DNA from: a virus
Taxonomy: Duplodnaviria > Caudoviricetes
IMG/VR virus record: IMGVR_UViG_3300046804_003398
Direction: 5' to 3' (one strand)
DNA: 64,000 bases
Shown in pieces: positions 46,127-55,631 of the stretch (its first letter is position 1; every line of letters starts with the position of its first letter). A program made the translations under genes and the position numbers. The notes below the pieces were generated by a model. It had not been told where the DNA came from, ran no database searches, and was given only the letters and a program-made list of their open reading frames with translations.

Positions 46127-47287
46127 TTATAATTTGTTGAGATCTTTATCGACAAGATTTGTGATGTTTATTCTCAACTTACTTATGAATCCACTGGCTC
46201 TCAAAAGTTTGAATACAAGGTTTTCGGTGCTGTATTCTCCTCCCGAACTCAAACCAGCTTCACGCATTTTATAGATACGTTGAACCAAGTCTTTCAATGT
46301 ATCTAAATCTTGTTGTTCGACAGCTGTGTTTATTTTAGTCACCAAGTCTTTGTATTTGGTCTTTATAGCGTCTTTGTCGATCTTAACGTCTTCATATGAT
46401 GGTTTCTTTACCCACTTGTTATGAAGGATACTATAAACAGCTTGGCTACGGTTTACATCGTTAATGTCTTGTATGTAAACTTCTACTGGATGATTGTCAA
46501 CACTGATGTCATGTTGTTCATTCCATTTGTTTTTGTAACCGTCAACTAGTTTCTTGACCAGTTCTTTGTTTTCATCAACCTTTGAAAAATCGATCAAAAC
46601 GTGTAGATCAATATCACTGGTTGGTGTCCAATTATAACCAGCTGTGCTTCCTAAAAAGTATATGTCTTCAATTGGTGCGGTCAACTCAGTATCTTTGTAA
46701 AATGTAGTTGCTATCTTTAACAACTGACTAAGAATTTCTGGTTTTAAAGTTTCACCGTCCCAAATTTCTGGATTCAAAATACTGTTGTATATTCTGTATG
46801 ACTCTTTGACACCCAACGTTTCTTTGAGTTTATTGATAGTGTCTGTTGCATTTTTGTGAAGTATACCAATGCCACCAGCTTGAATAAACTCATTTACGTT
46901 GTCTTCACGGTCGTCAATCAATATTGAGTCTGGTGTAGCAAATTTAGCTTTGTCTTCTCTTTCTGGAACCAAGTTTTGTTTGAGTGTAATGTTGTGATTC
47001 GACAACCACTTTTCTTTGCCTTGTATACACTCTGGATCAGTTCCATGACTCAATATTTCAGTTGGAAACTCTTTGATGAAATTGTAAAGAATTTTACCGT
47101 CGTTCATCCAAGGCATCGTTGCATAAAAATTGGGACTGTTTTTATGAACCAACTCGTATCTTTTTTCTTTACCGTGTTCAGCCTCGTATGTTTCTACTGG
47201 AACTCCAAATAATCTTTCAAACTGTTTTTCCCAGTCTGTCAGAACTCCATCCATATCAACGTAAATTTTGTATTTGCTTTGAACCAT
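46127..47287 (-). CDS. Fusion: HAD 5'-nucleotidase-like domain + Pol-beta-superfamily nucleotidyltransferase
   Basis: N-terminal YVDMDGVL...ILIDDR; C-terminal FLGSTAGYNW...SDIDLH...VEVYIQD. Confidence 0.8.
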   Translation of the reverse strand: MVQSKYKIYVDMDGVLTDWEKQFERLFGVPVETYEAEHGKEKRYELVHKNSPNFYATMPWMNDGKILYNFIKEFPTEILSHGTDPECIQGKEKWLSNHNITLKQNLVPEREDKAKFATPDSILIDDREDNVNEFIQAGGIGILHKNATDTINKLKETLGVKESYRIYNSILNPEIWDGETLKPEILSQLLKIATTFYKDTELTAPIEDIYFLGSTAGYNWTPTSDIDLHVLIDFSKVDENKELVKKLVDGYKNKWNEQHDISVDNHPVEVYIQDINDVNRSQAVYSILHNKWVKKPSYEDVKIDKDAIKTKYKDLVTKINTAVEQQDLDTLKDLVQRIYKMREAGLSSGGEYSTENLVFKLLRASGFISKLRINITNLVDKDLNKL

Positions 47288-47303
47288 TATATTAATAAAT
47301 ATG

Positions 47304-47627
47304 TCACTTTTTAAGAAACAAGGAGTATATTACACGACCAAGTTGTGCGCTAAACTTTCTTACTTTATACTCTGGTATATCCCAAAAAAATGCGTGAGTA
47401 ACTTCTTCAATCAACACATTTAGTCTACGTCTAGTTAAAAGACTCTTATCAATTAATATTCTGGAGTTTTTAAGGCTTGGATTAAAACACCAACCATCAG
47501 CATCTTTTATGTCGGAAAAATGAATCGGAATAATCTGCTTTAAGTAAGTTTCTATACTTAGTTGCTGCGTTTTGCTGATGCTGCGTTGCTTGTTGCGCTT
47601 ATTGCGCTTTTTAATTTTAGCATTCAT
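47304..47627 (-). CDS. Small protein with a degenerate HExxH-like motif (EEVTH)
   Basis: RRLNVLIEEVTHAFFWD; basic N-terminus encoded by a GC-rich repeat patch. Confidence 0.55.
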   Translation of the reverse strand: MNAKIKKRNKRNKQRSISKTQQLSIETYLKQIIPIHFSDIKDADGWCFNPSLKNSRILIDKSLLTRRRLNVLIEEVTHAFFWDIPEYKVRKFSAQLGRVIYSLFLKK

Positions 47628-47643
47628 ATATTAAGCACATAAA

Positions 47644-47688
47644 CAGCAAGGCTTGCTGCGCTTATACTTTATATATTCAGAATGTCAA
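47644..47688 (-). promoter_or_regulatory. Sigma70-like promoter with a 15-bp palindrome at the expected start site
   Basis: Minus strand TTGACA, 16 nt, TATAAG; palindrome CAGCAAG-G-CTTGCTG at 47644-47658. Confidence 0.55.
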
Positions 47689-47851
47689 CTAATTTTACTC
47701 CGAGACCCACAGAAATATCCAACTTTATTTTATGTGATTGGAATAGTTCTTCGAATACCGTTAAAAAATCTTCGTCTACAGACCCATTACTTTGCGAGTT
47801 GATGGGTTCGTAGTAGACTTCATCATCATACTGCTCAAACCTTAGTTTCAC
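47669..47851 (-). CDS. Hypothetical protein (60 aa, GTG start)
   Basis: Fills the gap; TATTTAT at 47857-47863 upstream. Confidence 0.5.
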   Translation of the reverse strand: MKLRFEQYDDEVYYEPINSQSNGSVDEDFLTVFEELFQSHKIKLDISVGLGVKLVDILNI

Positions 47852-47869
47852 ATAATATAAATATGTGAA

Positions 47870-48151
47870 TTATTTAGCAGCAGGTTTAAAAGTTCCGTCT
47901 TTGATATTCAAAACACCATCGCCATACTTCTGGCTCAACTGTTGAAGAATGTCATTTTCTTCCTTTTGAATAGTAGTCCAGTCTTCAAGCAACTTCTTTC
48001 TTGCATTACCAAGATCATTCAGTTGTTGATCCAAATCAATCTTGGCAAGTTCAAGTTGACCAAGTTCAAATATCTTTTGTTGATACTTGCCTTGGAGTTG
48101 CGCAATTTGTTGCATTTCTGCGTCGGTAAACTTTGTAACATTTTCACTCAT
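47870..48151 (-). CDS. Small coiled-coil protein
   Basis: Heptad-rich with a KYGDGVLNIKDGTF tail; TATTTAT 5 nt upstream of the ATG at 48151. Confidence 0.75.
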   Translation of the reverse strand: MSENVTKFTDAEMQQIAQLQGKYQQKIFELGQLELAKIDLDQQLNDLGNARKKLLEDWTTIQKEENDILQQLSQKYGDGVLNIKDGTFKPAAK

Positions 48152-48189
48152 ATACAATAAATACAGGCGGGTTGATCCCCGCTTTTATT

Positions 48190-49584
48190 TTATTCAGGTC
48201 TATCAATCAAGATCTTCAACTTATCAACGTCCTTACGTTCAGCGTTAATCATATAATAGAAATTGACAGTTCCCTTATTAAACAATCTGTTCAAGAAGTT
48301 TGCCTTTCTATCAACACCGATATAAATCTTGTTACCTTCTATCTTTTCGACATAATAAGTGTCAGGAGCACCAATTGCGGTCAAATGAACAGTGATTGTG
48401 GCTTCATCAATCAACCATGTCCAGTAATCAGGCAACTCAATAGACAACGATTCAGATCTACCACGAACGAATACAGCGTGTTCTGGACCTTCCAAGGTAG
48501 CATGAACAAGCCTCTTTGTTTGATCTTCTTGGTGATCAATAACGAATGACTTTGTAGATGCGGCAAACGAACCATTAACCTCAAAATTAAACTGCGGATC
48601 GGTTTTATTGTTTACACCAATCCTACTGCCTGTCACATAGAACACGTTTGTTCCATCGACACTACTTACAACCCTAAATGGTGCTGATGACCCACTGGCG
48701 ACCAATTGACGTTCAACAATAACATCTCTACCAACTATAACGTCGTTCTCAACGGTCAAGTCATTGTTTACTTGAGCATTGGTGGTTGTGATAATATCAT
48801 TGACAACCGCTGTGCCAGCCATCAAACTACCAACGTCTGCATTACTAGCACTCAAACTACCACTCAATACCAACCCACTAGATTTATCTTCCCAAATTCC
48901 GTCAGCGGCGTTATAGACTAAGAATGCGCCGTCTGCTGGAGAAGCACTACTACTAACATTGCTTATTTCATCAATGGTAGTTGGTTGTTTTACGTCAACA
49001 AAGATAGATCCAGTAGTGTTGTTTACACCGGTGATATAACCAACCTTGACCACATCTCTAGGAGCATGTGGACGAATACTAGTATATGAACCAGAAACCG
49101 AAGGACTTACAAACAGTTCATCGCCAAGAGAAAATCCAGTAGCAGTGTTTAAACCAGTCAAATATCCACTGGTCAAAACATAACCAGTAAATCCAGCTGG
49201 TATTGAATCATTGACAACACCCAAAATGTCACTGGTAATTGTAGATCCAGGAGTGTGTATTTTGGAAACTGCTAAATCAACAACTATTTGAGAACTTAAA
49301 TTACTTCCAATTACACTAACAACTTGGCCTTTAGAGAGCGTAAGTCCAGAACCATTTTGAACCAAAACCAAACTTGGACTAGGACCACCACCACCGTTCG
49401 AAGCATAAGAAGCACTTAAAGCATACGAAGCAGATTCAACTCTTACAGAAGACGAAGGAATTACAACCGGGATTTTATTTTCATCAAAAGCTAACAAAGA
49501 CGCAGTTTGTGGTCGAATAACCTGCTCAGTAAACGAACTACCACTTCTGCGGCTTAATAATAAATCCTTTTCTAAAAAAATCAT
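48190..49584 (-). CDS. Virion fibre/decoration-like protein
   Basis: S/T/G/V-rich beta composition, SASYALSASYA repeat, and a C-terminal FVIDH...LVHATLEGPE...ELPDYW..L.....ITVHLT domain common at the end of phage fibre proteins. Confidence 0.65.
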   Translation of the reverse strand: MIFLEKDLLLSRRSGSSFTEQVIRPQTASLLAFDENKIPVVIPSSSVRVESASYALSASYASNGGGGPSPSLVLVQNGSGLTLSKGQVVSVIGSNLSSQIVVDLAVSKIHTPGSTITSDILGVVNDSIPAGFTGYVLTSGYLTGLNTATGFSLGDELFVSPSVSGSYTSIRPHAPRDVVKVGYITGVNNTTGSIFVDVKQPTTIDEISNVSSSASPADGAFLVYNAADGIWEDKSSGLVLSGSLSASNADVGSLMAGTAVVNDIITTTNAQVNNDLTVENDVIVGRDVIVERQLVASGSSAPFRVVSSVDGTNVFYVTGSRIGVNNKTDPQFNFEVNGSFAASTKSFVIDHQEDQTKRLVHATLEGPEHAVFVRGRSESLSIELPDYWTWLIDEATITVHLTAIGAPDTYYVEKIEGNKIYIGVDRKANFLNRLFNKGTVNFYYMINAERKDVDKLKILIDRPE

Positions 49585-49627
49585 ATCTTAGTCTAATATA
49601 AATATGAACAGTTCCAGATATATTCAA

Positions 49628-51061
49628 TTAAAATGTTTCATCGACCATAGCAATCGGAACACGACGCCATTCACCGTATGAATATATGTAAAAATAGTTA
49701 CCATCATAGCTTACCCAACCATCTTCACCATAGTCGGAAGATTTGTATGGAACTTGATGATAATACTTATCTGGAAATCGTTGAAATACTCTAAAAGCAG
49801 TGTTTATTGGTCGAACTTCGGTGGAATAAACAGGGTTACCGTTACAGTCAGTTCCACTGATATAAGCCCCACTATTTGGGTCAAAATCAAACACTGCGAT
49901 AGCTCTACGCACCCATCCTAGTGGTTTTCGATATACATAAATAAAATATTCATCGTATGCCAACCAACCATTTTCTCCATAGTCTGATGTCTTTTTTGGA
50001 GGTGGTCTGAACAATACTTTCTCTGTAATTGCTGGTTTGTCGTCTTTTTCAAGGTCTGGTGCTCGTGTTGCAGAGTTGTATTTTACACCCACATTCTTCA
50101 AATAAGAGTATGGATTCTTGATGTTTGACTCTTCAACTTGCGACATTTGTTCACCATTTACAACATAATCAGACACCACAATCTTTCTGGTAGTGAACGT
50201 TTTTTGAGTTGTTGACTTAACACCATCAATAGTTTTTGGCAACAAGTAAGCATTAACAACCAAGTTAAAAGTCGTTTTTACATTTCTGTCTTCACCAGCA
50301 CCCAATTCAACTGTGTTGGTATAATCATCAACTCTGGTTCTGAATCTGAAATCTCCTACGCCCCAATAATCATGTGTAGCAAAATTGATCTTTTCCAACA
50401 ATTTGTTGTTTTGATCAACATAATCAGTCCACAAAATACATTCGTAAGTTATAGTAACATGATCTGGCAACGTAACATTATAGATCTGTTTAGTAGGTTT
50501 GTTCTTGAATGGATTACCCAAATTCAAAATATTGAACTTGTCGTATTTGTTCTTTTGATCAAATTTAGCAACAACTTGATATGACAAATAACGATTCAAT
50601 GTCATCAAATCTTTGTTGTTGCTTACCGTAGCTCTCTTGATCAAAATAGCAGGCAATAGGATTTTACCTTGGTTATCACGTAAAAACCCATCTCTTCTAA
50701 CAGCATTCCATCTTTCTGGACTTGCATACAAAATTGGAACCTTCACCAAAGTTCCGTTGTCCATCACAGTCAAATCAACTCGTTGACTCATGTGATTGAT
50801 TATGGTGGTGTCAACATCCAGAAGAGTTACACTAAAATTCTCAGTCTTGTCTTGATCACGACGAACTGCATTCTCTTTTCTATATGGACCTACCAATGGA
50901 ATTGCCGTATTATCATTAGGCATTGGGACACCAGTATCCTCATTTTGAATGACAGGTCTTCTAATGTCAGACAAGTTTGAATTATCTTGTTTGACGTTAG
51001 GAGCAGGATTGATTCCTTTTCCGTTTTGGCTTTTACCAGTTGGATTACCTTTCCACGACAT
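49628..51061 (-). CDS. gp15: Tail terminator/sheath stabiliser (T4 gp15-like) with appended repeats
   Basis: KVPILYASPERW, LPAI, PDHVTITYE..LWT; position after the neck genes. Confidence 0.65.
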   Translation of the reverse strand: MSWKGNPTGKSQNGKGINPAPNVKQDNSNLSDIRRPVIQNEDTGVPMPNDNTAIPLVGPYRKENAVRRDQDKTENFSVTLLDVDTTIINHMSQRVDLTVMDNGTLVKVPILYASPERWNAVRRDGFLRDNQGKILLPAILIKRATVSNNKDLMTLNRYLSYQVVAKFDQKNKYDKFNILNLGNPFKNKPTKQIYNVTLPDHVTITYECILWTDYVDQNNKLLEKINFATHDYWGVGDFRFRTRVDDYTNTVELGAGEDRNVKTTFNLVVNAYLLPKTIDGVKSTTQKTFTTRKIVVSDYVVNGEQMSQVEESNIKNPYSYLKNVGVKYNSATRAPDLEKDDKPAITEKVLFRPPPKKTSDYGENGWLAYDEYFIYVYRKPLGWVRRAIAVFDFDPNSGAYISGTDCNGNPVYSTEVRPINTAFRVFQRFPDKYYHQVPYKSSDYGEDGWVSYDGNYFYIYSYGEWRRVPIAMVDETF

Positions 51062-51064
51062 AAA

Positions 51065-51631
51065 TTATGTTTGTCTTTCTACCACATTCAACTTACTGAG
51101 TCTGCTGTAGTGTGTATTGCAGATAAAACTCCATGATTTATCTGGGTGACCACCTAAAAACTGTTCTTGAATTACGTTGTCAATTTCATAAAAACGTTCA
51201 TTGTATAACAACACATCACCAATTTCTGGGAAGAAACCAGTAACGATACAATCACGTTCACGAAACTTGTATACTACACTTTGATTGCGATCTGGTCCAA
51301 ACCCTTGGTTGTCGTCACCAGTAATATCTTCACGTTGAATCAAAGCGGTCATATTAATTGCTGGATAAAATGCCTTACCAGTCTCAGATGTTGCTTCACC
51401 ATAGATGTTTACTCTGGTTTCAGTCACAGCAACCTTGAACAGTTGAACAACACACTCAATTATATCGCCAACCAATTCTGCGTTGATAGAACTAAGAAAG
51501 TTCATATCACGACTACTAAAATACCTACCAGGCAAATAATTGGTTCCATAGATACCAATGTCTTTACGACCATTGGTCCAGTATTGAGGAAAATTATTCT
51601 GTGGATACTGTGGTGTTACTGGTGCTGCCAT
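51065..51631 (-). CDS. gp14: Neck protein (T4 gp14-like)
   Basis: TRVNIYGE, FPEIGDVL.Y....YEID; position after the gp13-like gene. Confidence 0.65.
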   Translation of the reverse strand: MAAPVTPQYPQNNFPQYWTNGRKDIGIYGTNYLPGRYFSSRDMNFLSSINAELVGDIIECVVQLFKVAVTETRVNIYGEATSETGKAFYPAINMTALIQREDITGDDNQGFGPDRNQSVVYKFRERDCIVTGFFPEIGDVLLYNERFYEIDNVIQEQFLGGHPDKSWSFICNTHYSRLSKLNVVERQT

Positions 51632-51634
51632 AGA

Positions 51635-52870
51635 TTATCCTATATAAATGTGAACTGGAACCTTAGACAACATTTTGTTCATTGCTTCAGATTCTTTTTC
51701 TGTATTCTCCATTTGATTTACTCTCAAAGACTTATCCAACATATCTCTGAGTTTCTCAAGAAGATTAGACATTTCATCCTTAGCTTCAGCACGAAGTTCA
51801 GCACCGTCCAAGGTTACTTCACCACCTGGAATTGGAACTGTGCTATACTTCTGCAAAATACGACCAAGTGTTTCTTTACATAGTGCCAAGAAATACTTTT
51901 TGATCCACTGTTTACCAGCTTGATTGATCTTACAATATTGACAATACTCATACGGCACATCACTTGGATCACTAATGTATTCATATCGTGAACCACTAAA
52001 GAAGTTGGTGATGTTCTTGTCACTTTCAACGTAGTAGTCGATATAGATTCTAAGATCGGTTGTTGGTATTGGGAAAATTCTCAACATGTTGTCACCAGTG
52101 ATTTGGAAACCGTAGTGACTCTTACGAACCATGTCGTTGAACTCAATTGCTTGAACACGTTCCAAATCTTCGAAGATTGGAGTCATCAAGAATTGTGTTG
52201 CTGGACTGTAAGCACTGAATCCCATTTCGCTCAAAACGTTACTATAACTCATACCAGTCATACTGAATGGGTCATAAATACGTGCGATTGCTGGTGGTCT
52301 AAAATGGAACACTCTACGAACTTCAATGCGTGATCCAGTAAGATGTTCAATTTGATTACCAATAATTTGATTCAAGTCAAATACTTGGTGACTGTCTTGT
52401 GGACCACCAAAACTTGCAGATCCAGTTGCCAAGAATGATGCTCTCTTTAACTCTACTTCACCACCAACCAATGCTTCACTACCATATTGTTTGCTTAGTT
52501 GGACGATAAATGGTATACCGCTACCCTTGACACTAAGACCCGTTAGGTTTTGATATTGATCTTGTGGCAAACCTTGAACGTTAACCAAATTGTTTACGAT
52601 GTTGAATTCGTTGATTACACGATTATATTCCAACACAGCTTCTTCAAAACATGCGTAAAAGTTGACATCGATCATTTCAATGTCAACGATTGGGTAACCT
52701 AAACGTTTTGCTGCCCACATCGCACTACCACTACAATCGTTCTCAAACGTTGTTTCTGCGACAGAACAGTTGGTTTCGTCAAGATAATAACCAAAGGGAA
52801 CACTCGCAGTAGTAACCGCACTACCTGATCCTGGCCACCTTACTCTATCTTGGTCTAAATTAGCACTCAT
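51635..52870 (-). CDS. gp13: Neck protein (T4 gp13-like)
   Basis: KRLGYPIVDIE, WIKKYFLALCKETLGRILQKY...IPGGEVTLDG. Confidence 0.8.
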   Translation of the reverse strand: MSANLDQDRVRWPGSGSAVTTASVPFGYYLDETNCSVAETTFENDCSGSAMWAAKRLGYPIVDIEMIDVNFYACFEEAVLEYNRVINEFNIVNNLVNVQGLPQDQYQNLTGLSVKGSGIPFIVQLSKQYGSEALVGGEVELKRASFLATGSASFGGPQDSHQVFDLNQIIGNQIEHLTGSRIEVRRVFHFRPPAIARIYDPFSMTGMSYSNVLSEMGFSAYSPATQFLMTPIFEDLERVQAIEFNDMVRKSHYGFQITGDNMLRIFPIPTTDLRIYIDYYVESDKNITNFFSGSRYEYISDPSDVPYEYCQYCKINQAGKQWIKKYFLALCKETLGRILQKYSTVPIPGGEVTLDGAELRAEAKDEMSNLLEKLRDMLDKSLRVNQMENTEKESEAMNKMLSKVPVHIYIG

Positions 52871-52915
52871 TAAATATAAATATCGGAATCTTCGATATTA
52901 GTGCTAAAATCTACT

Positions 52916-53455
52916 CTATACCAAATTATTACCTTCAAACTTTCGTGGACCACTTAAATCCACAATTTTATACTTAATTGGCATATCTTTTATAGTAGCA
53001 TAAACAGCCTTTATGTTCTTGGGACTGTCATCAATAAAAAAGATATCGTTGTAACCCTCATTTTCAATTTTATCCTTGATCCAGTTAGCCTTAGCCATAG
53101 GATCACTAGTTCCAACGGTCACAATAGGTATATTGACTTTAAAATACCTCTGGAGAACGTTTTGTATGTGAGGCTGACTCTCTGGACCTCTTGCAGTCAA
53201 AACGACGGCAAGACGACCATCTGACCCCGCACTGACTATCTTATAAAACCTCTTGGCTACATTACGAATAACTACTGGATCTATAACTGAACTAAACTCT
53301 GAAAAATCAAATTTGTCACCGGGTTGTTGAGTATACACCGCATATTGTGCGGGAGTTAATTTGACAACTGAACCATCTGATTTGGTCAATATTACCTTAC
53401 CACCAGTTTCAAAAAGTGTGTCATCAAAATCAAATACTCTTAGTTTCTTGGTCAT
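52916..53455 (-). CDS. HAD-superfamily phosphatase
   Basis: RVFDFDDTLF (DxD), VLTAR, K, FFIDDSPKN. Confidence 0.85.
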   Translation of the reverse strand: MTKKLRVFDFDDTLFETGGKVILTKSDGSVVKLTPAQYAVYTQQPGDKFDFSEFSSVIDPVVIRNVAKRFYKIVSAGSDGRLAVVLTARGPESQPHIQNVLQRYFKVNIPIVTVGTSDPMAKANWIKDKIENEGYNDIFFIDDSPKNIKAVYATIKDMPIKYKIVDLSGPRKFEGNNLV

Positions 53456-53583
53456 AGGAATGATTGCGCAATCAACTTATAGTCAGAAACATGTGGTTTT
53501 GGCTGTGCTTTTTTAACAGCATCCTCCTTCAGTTTCTTTGCCTTAAGAACCTTCTGAAGAGTGTTTTTTACTTTCTCATTCAT
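53452..53583 (-). CDS. Small basic protein (43 aa), not in the ORF track
   Basis: MNEKVKNTLQKVLKAKKLKEDAVKKAQPKPHVSDYKLIAQSFL*; overlaps both neighbours in operon fashion. Confidence 0.5.
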   Translation of the reverse strand: MNEKVKNTLQKVLKAKKLKEDAVKKAQPKPHVSDYKLIAQSFL

Positions 53584-53845
53584 ACATTTTTGTAATTTTG
53601 ACCACAAGTTTTCCAGAGCCTTTTATGACTCTGTGATACGTTTCTTTAGGTATAAATATTGAACCCTCCATCAAACACGGAAGATTATTATCCAATTGAA
53701 CCTCCCAACCACCATTATTCTCTACAACCTCAACCAAACGGTTTTCTTTGTCCAAATGCCACTCTAATTCATGACTATCTATATTGGATTCAAACTCACG
53801 AATATACTGATTATTCCCCAGACTTGTCTCTGTATAAGGCATCAT
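53576..53845 (-). CDS. Small cupin-like protein
   Basis: LEWHLDKENRLVEV...IFIPKETYHRVIKG cupin-type His motifs. Confidence 0.6.
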   Translation of the reverse strand: MMPYTETSLGNNQYIREFESNIDSHELEWHLDKENRLVEVVENNGGWEVQLDNNLPCLMEGSIFIPKETYHRVIKGSGKLVVKITKMYE

Positions 53846-54639
53846 ACATTTCTAGGACGCATTGGTTCTATTGTCCTCAGATGTAAATCATCGTCATCAG
53901 ATTGTTCTACACTGTCTACTTTCTTTACATTTTTATAGTAATTTTCAATCCACTTTCTACCGATTGGATTTTTTATAGGACTCTTCAAAAAGTCAATCAC
54001 ACTTCTCAAAACACCTCTATCAATTGGTTCATTGTTCTTTGTTCGATCAACTATTCTAAAGTTGTTACGAAATATGTTTTGAAAATGACCCAAATTATTT
54101 TGACAGCTAAACCACATCTGTGATAACAAATCCTCTGGTATCTTACGAGATCTCTTCGCATTACGTTCCATTGCAACTTGTAAACTAGTGTTGACAAATA
54201 TCATGTAACAATCATATCCATGTTGTTCCATAACACGTTTCTTGATTTGTATTGATTCTATACTATCACCAGTTCCATCTATGATAAGTCCTAATTTAGC
54301 CTTTCTATACATGTCTAGTTTTTTTCTTGTGATTCGTTTTGCTTTTTCTCTAGTAGATTGGGGACCAACAGTCAATCGTTCAAACTCTTCTGGACTCAAT
54401 TTACTAAAGTCTGTAGATATGTTCATATTATGAAGCATCTTCTCAAACTCGTTATCACTATTGATTACCTTCAAACCATATCGATTTACAGATGAATTGG
54501 AAGGCAAATCAAATAACTCAGTAGCTACAGTGCTTTTTCCACTACCAGGCCCACCAGCCATAAATATACACTTGAGAGTTGATGGATCATCGACACCCTC
54601 GGTCAATCTATGCTTTTTTAGTAGTTCAAGTAAATTCAT
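53842..54639 (-). CDS. P-loop kinase (zeta-toxin/AAA_33/PNK kinase-like)
   Basis: FMAGGPGSGKS, INSD, LIIDGTG, FVNTSLQVAMERNAKRSR lid motif. Confidence 0.85.
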   Translation of the reverse strand: MNLLELLKKHRLTEGVDDPSTLKCIFMAGGPGSGKSTVATELFDLPSNSSVNRYGLKVINSDNEFEKMLHNMNISTDFSKLSPEEFERLTVGPQSTREKAKRITRKKLDMYRKAKLGLIIDGTGDSIESIQIKKRVMEQHGYDCYMIFVNTSLQVAMERNAKRSRKIPEDLLSQMWFSCQNNLGHFQNIFRNNFRIVDRTKNNEPIDRGVLRSVIDFLKSPIKNPIGRKWIENYYKNVKKVDSVEQSDDDDLHLRTIEPMRPRNV

Positions 54640-55631
54640 AATGATTTGATATAAATATCAGTGTCTCTCTTCAATTCATCCTCTGGCACATTATCCAAAT
54701 TATCACCATACTTCTGTAACCAATATTGTTTGATTTTACCTAACATTGGTCCTGGCTTTACATTGAAGTTTTGCATGATCCAATCACCACCATATTTAGA
54801 TTTAACTGGGGTAAATGATTCAATCTCTTTTTGTTTATCCAACAACATCTGATACTTGTCTGGAAACAACCGCTTCAAGAAATAGTCTGGGTCACTAATC
54901 TGTTTGTGTTTATTCAAACCAATCAATGACTTTCTAATATAATCAGCACTAGGTCTACCAGCTCTAACTCTCTTTCTATCACTATGATTCATAGTTTGAC
55001 CCTTATAGTCATCGCTATCAAACATAGGACTACTACTGATAAACTTAACTACATCATCATTGTTTTGTATACTATCGTAATCACCCAATACATCACCATA
55101 ACCAAGTATCTTCAAACCATCTTTTAGATTCTTAGTAATTAGTATATCGTGATGTCTACCACTCTTATCTACATAAATCTTTTGAAAGCCTGTAGTAGCA
55201 TACTTGTAACCATTTTGTCTAGCCATTACCCCAAGTATTCCACTCAAGTCTCCCAGAGCCAAATACATTCTTTGTGCTTCAAAGTCTTCATCATTATCTG
55301 AATGTATAAAATCTATATGAACATTCTTGCCTGTATTGCTTTTATACAACACACTATAAATGTTACCGTTACGACTGTAATCCAATACTTTCTCACCCAA
55401 TTGTGATTTTAGAGTATTAGCTACATCACCACCACCAGATACAACCACATCAATATCACCGTGGTCTGCTTTAGATGGTAATGCTTTGCTTAATTCAAAC
55501 TTATTGAATTTGTTATTCAACAAGTTTTTAAGCTCGTCAAAGATACTATTCATTTCAGCGGTAGACACTCTACTGGCTCTAGTGCCAAAGAGTTTACCAC
55601 CTTCAACTAATAGATCCATCAATTTGATCAT
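54636..55631 (-). CDS. Pol-beta-superfamily nucleotidyltransferase
   Basis: HGDIDVVV, third Asp in VHIDFI, and a C-terminal GGDWIMQNFNVKPGPMLGKI resembling the tail of CCA-adding/poly(A) polymerases. Confidence 0.65.
   Translation of the reverse strand: MIKLMDLLVEGGKLFGTRASRVSTAEMNSIFDELKNLLNNKFNKFELSKALPSKADHGDIDVVVSGGGDVANTLKSQLGEKVLDYSRNGNIYSVLYKSNTGKNVHIDFIHSDNDEDFEAQRMYLALGDLSGILGVMARQNGYKYATTGFQKIYVDKSGRHHDILITKNLKDGLKILGYGDVLGDYDSIQNNDDVVKFISSSPMFDSDDYKGQTMNHSDRKRVRAGRPSADYIRKSLIGLNKHKQISDPDYFLKRLFPDKYQMLLDKQKEIESFTPVKSKYGGDWIMQNFNVKPGPMLGKIKQYWLQKYGDNLDNVPEDELKRDTDIYIKSL

Noticed and set aside
48164-48190. GCGGG/CCCGC hairpin as a terminator for the fibre gene
   Set aside because: The U-tract lies on the plus strand while the flanking genes are on the minus strand, and the stem is short.
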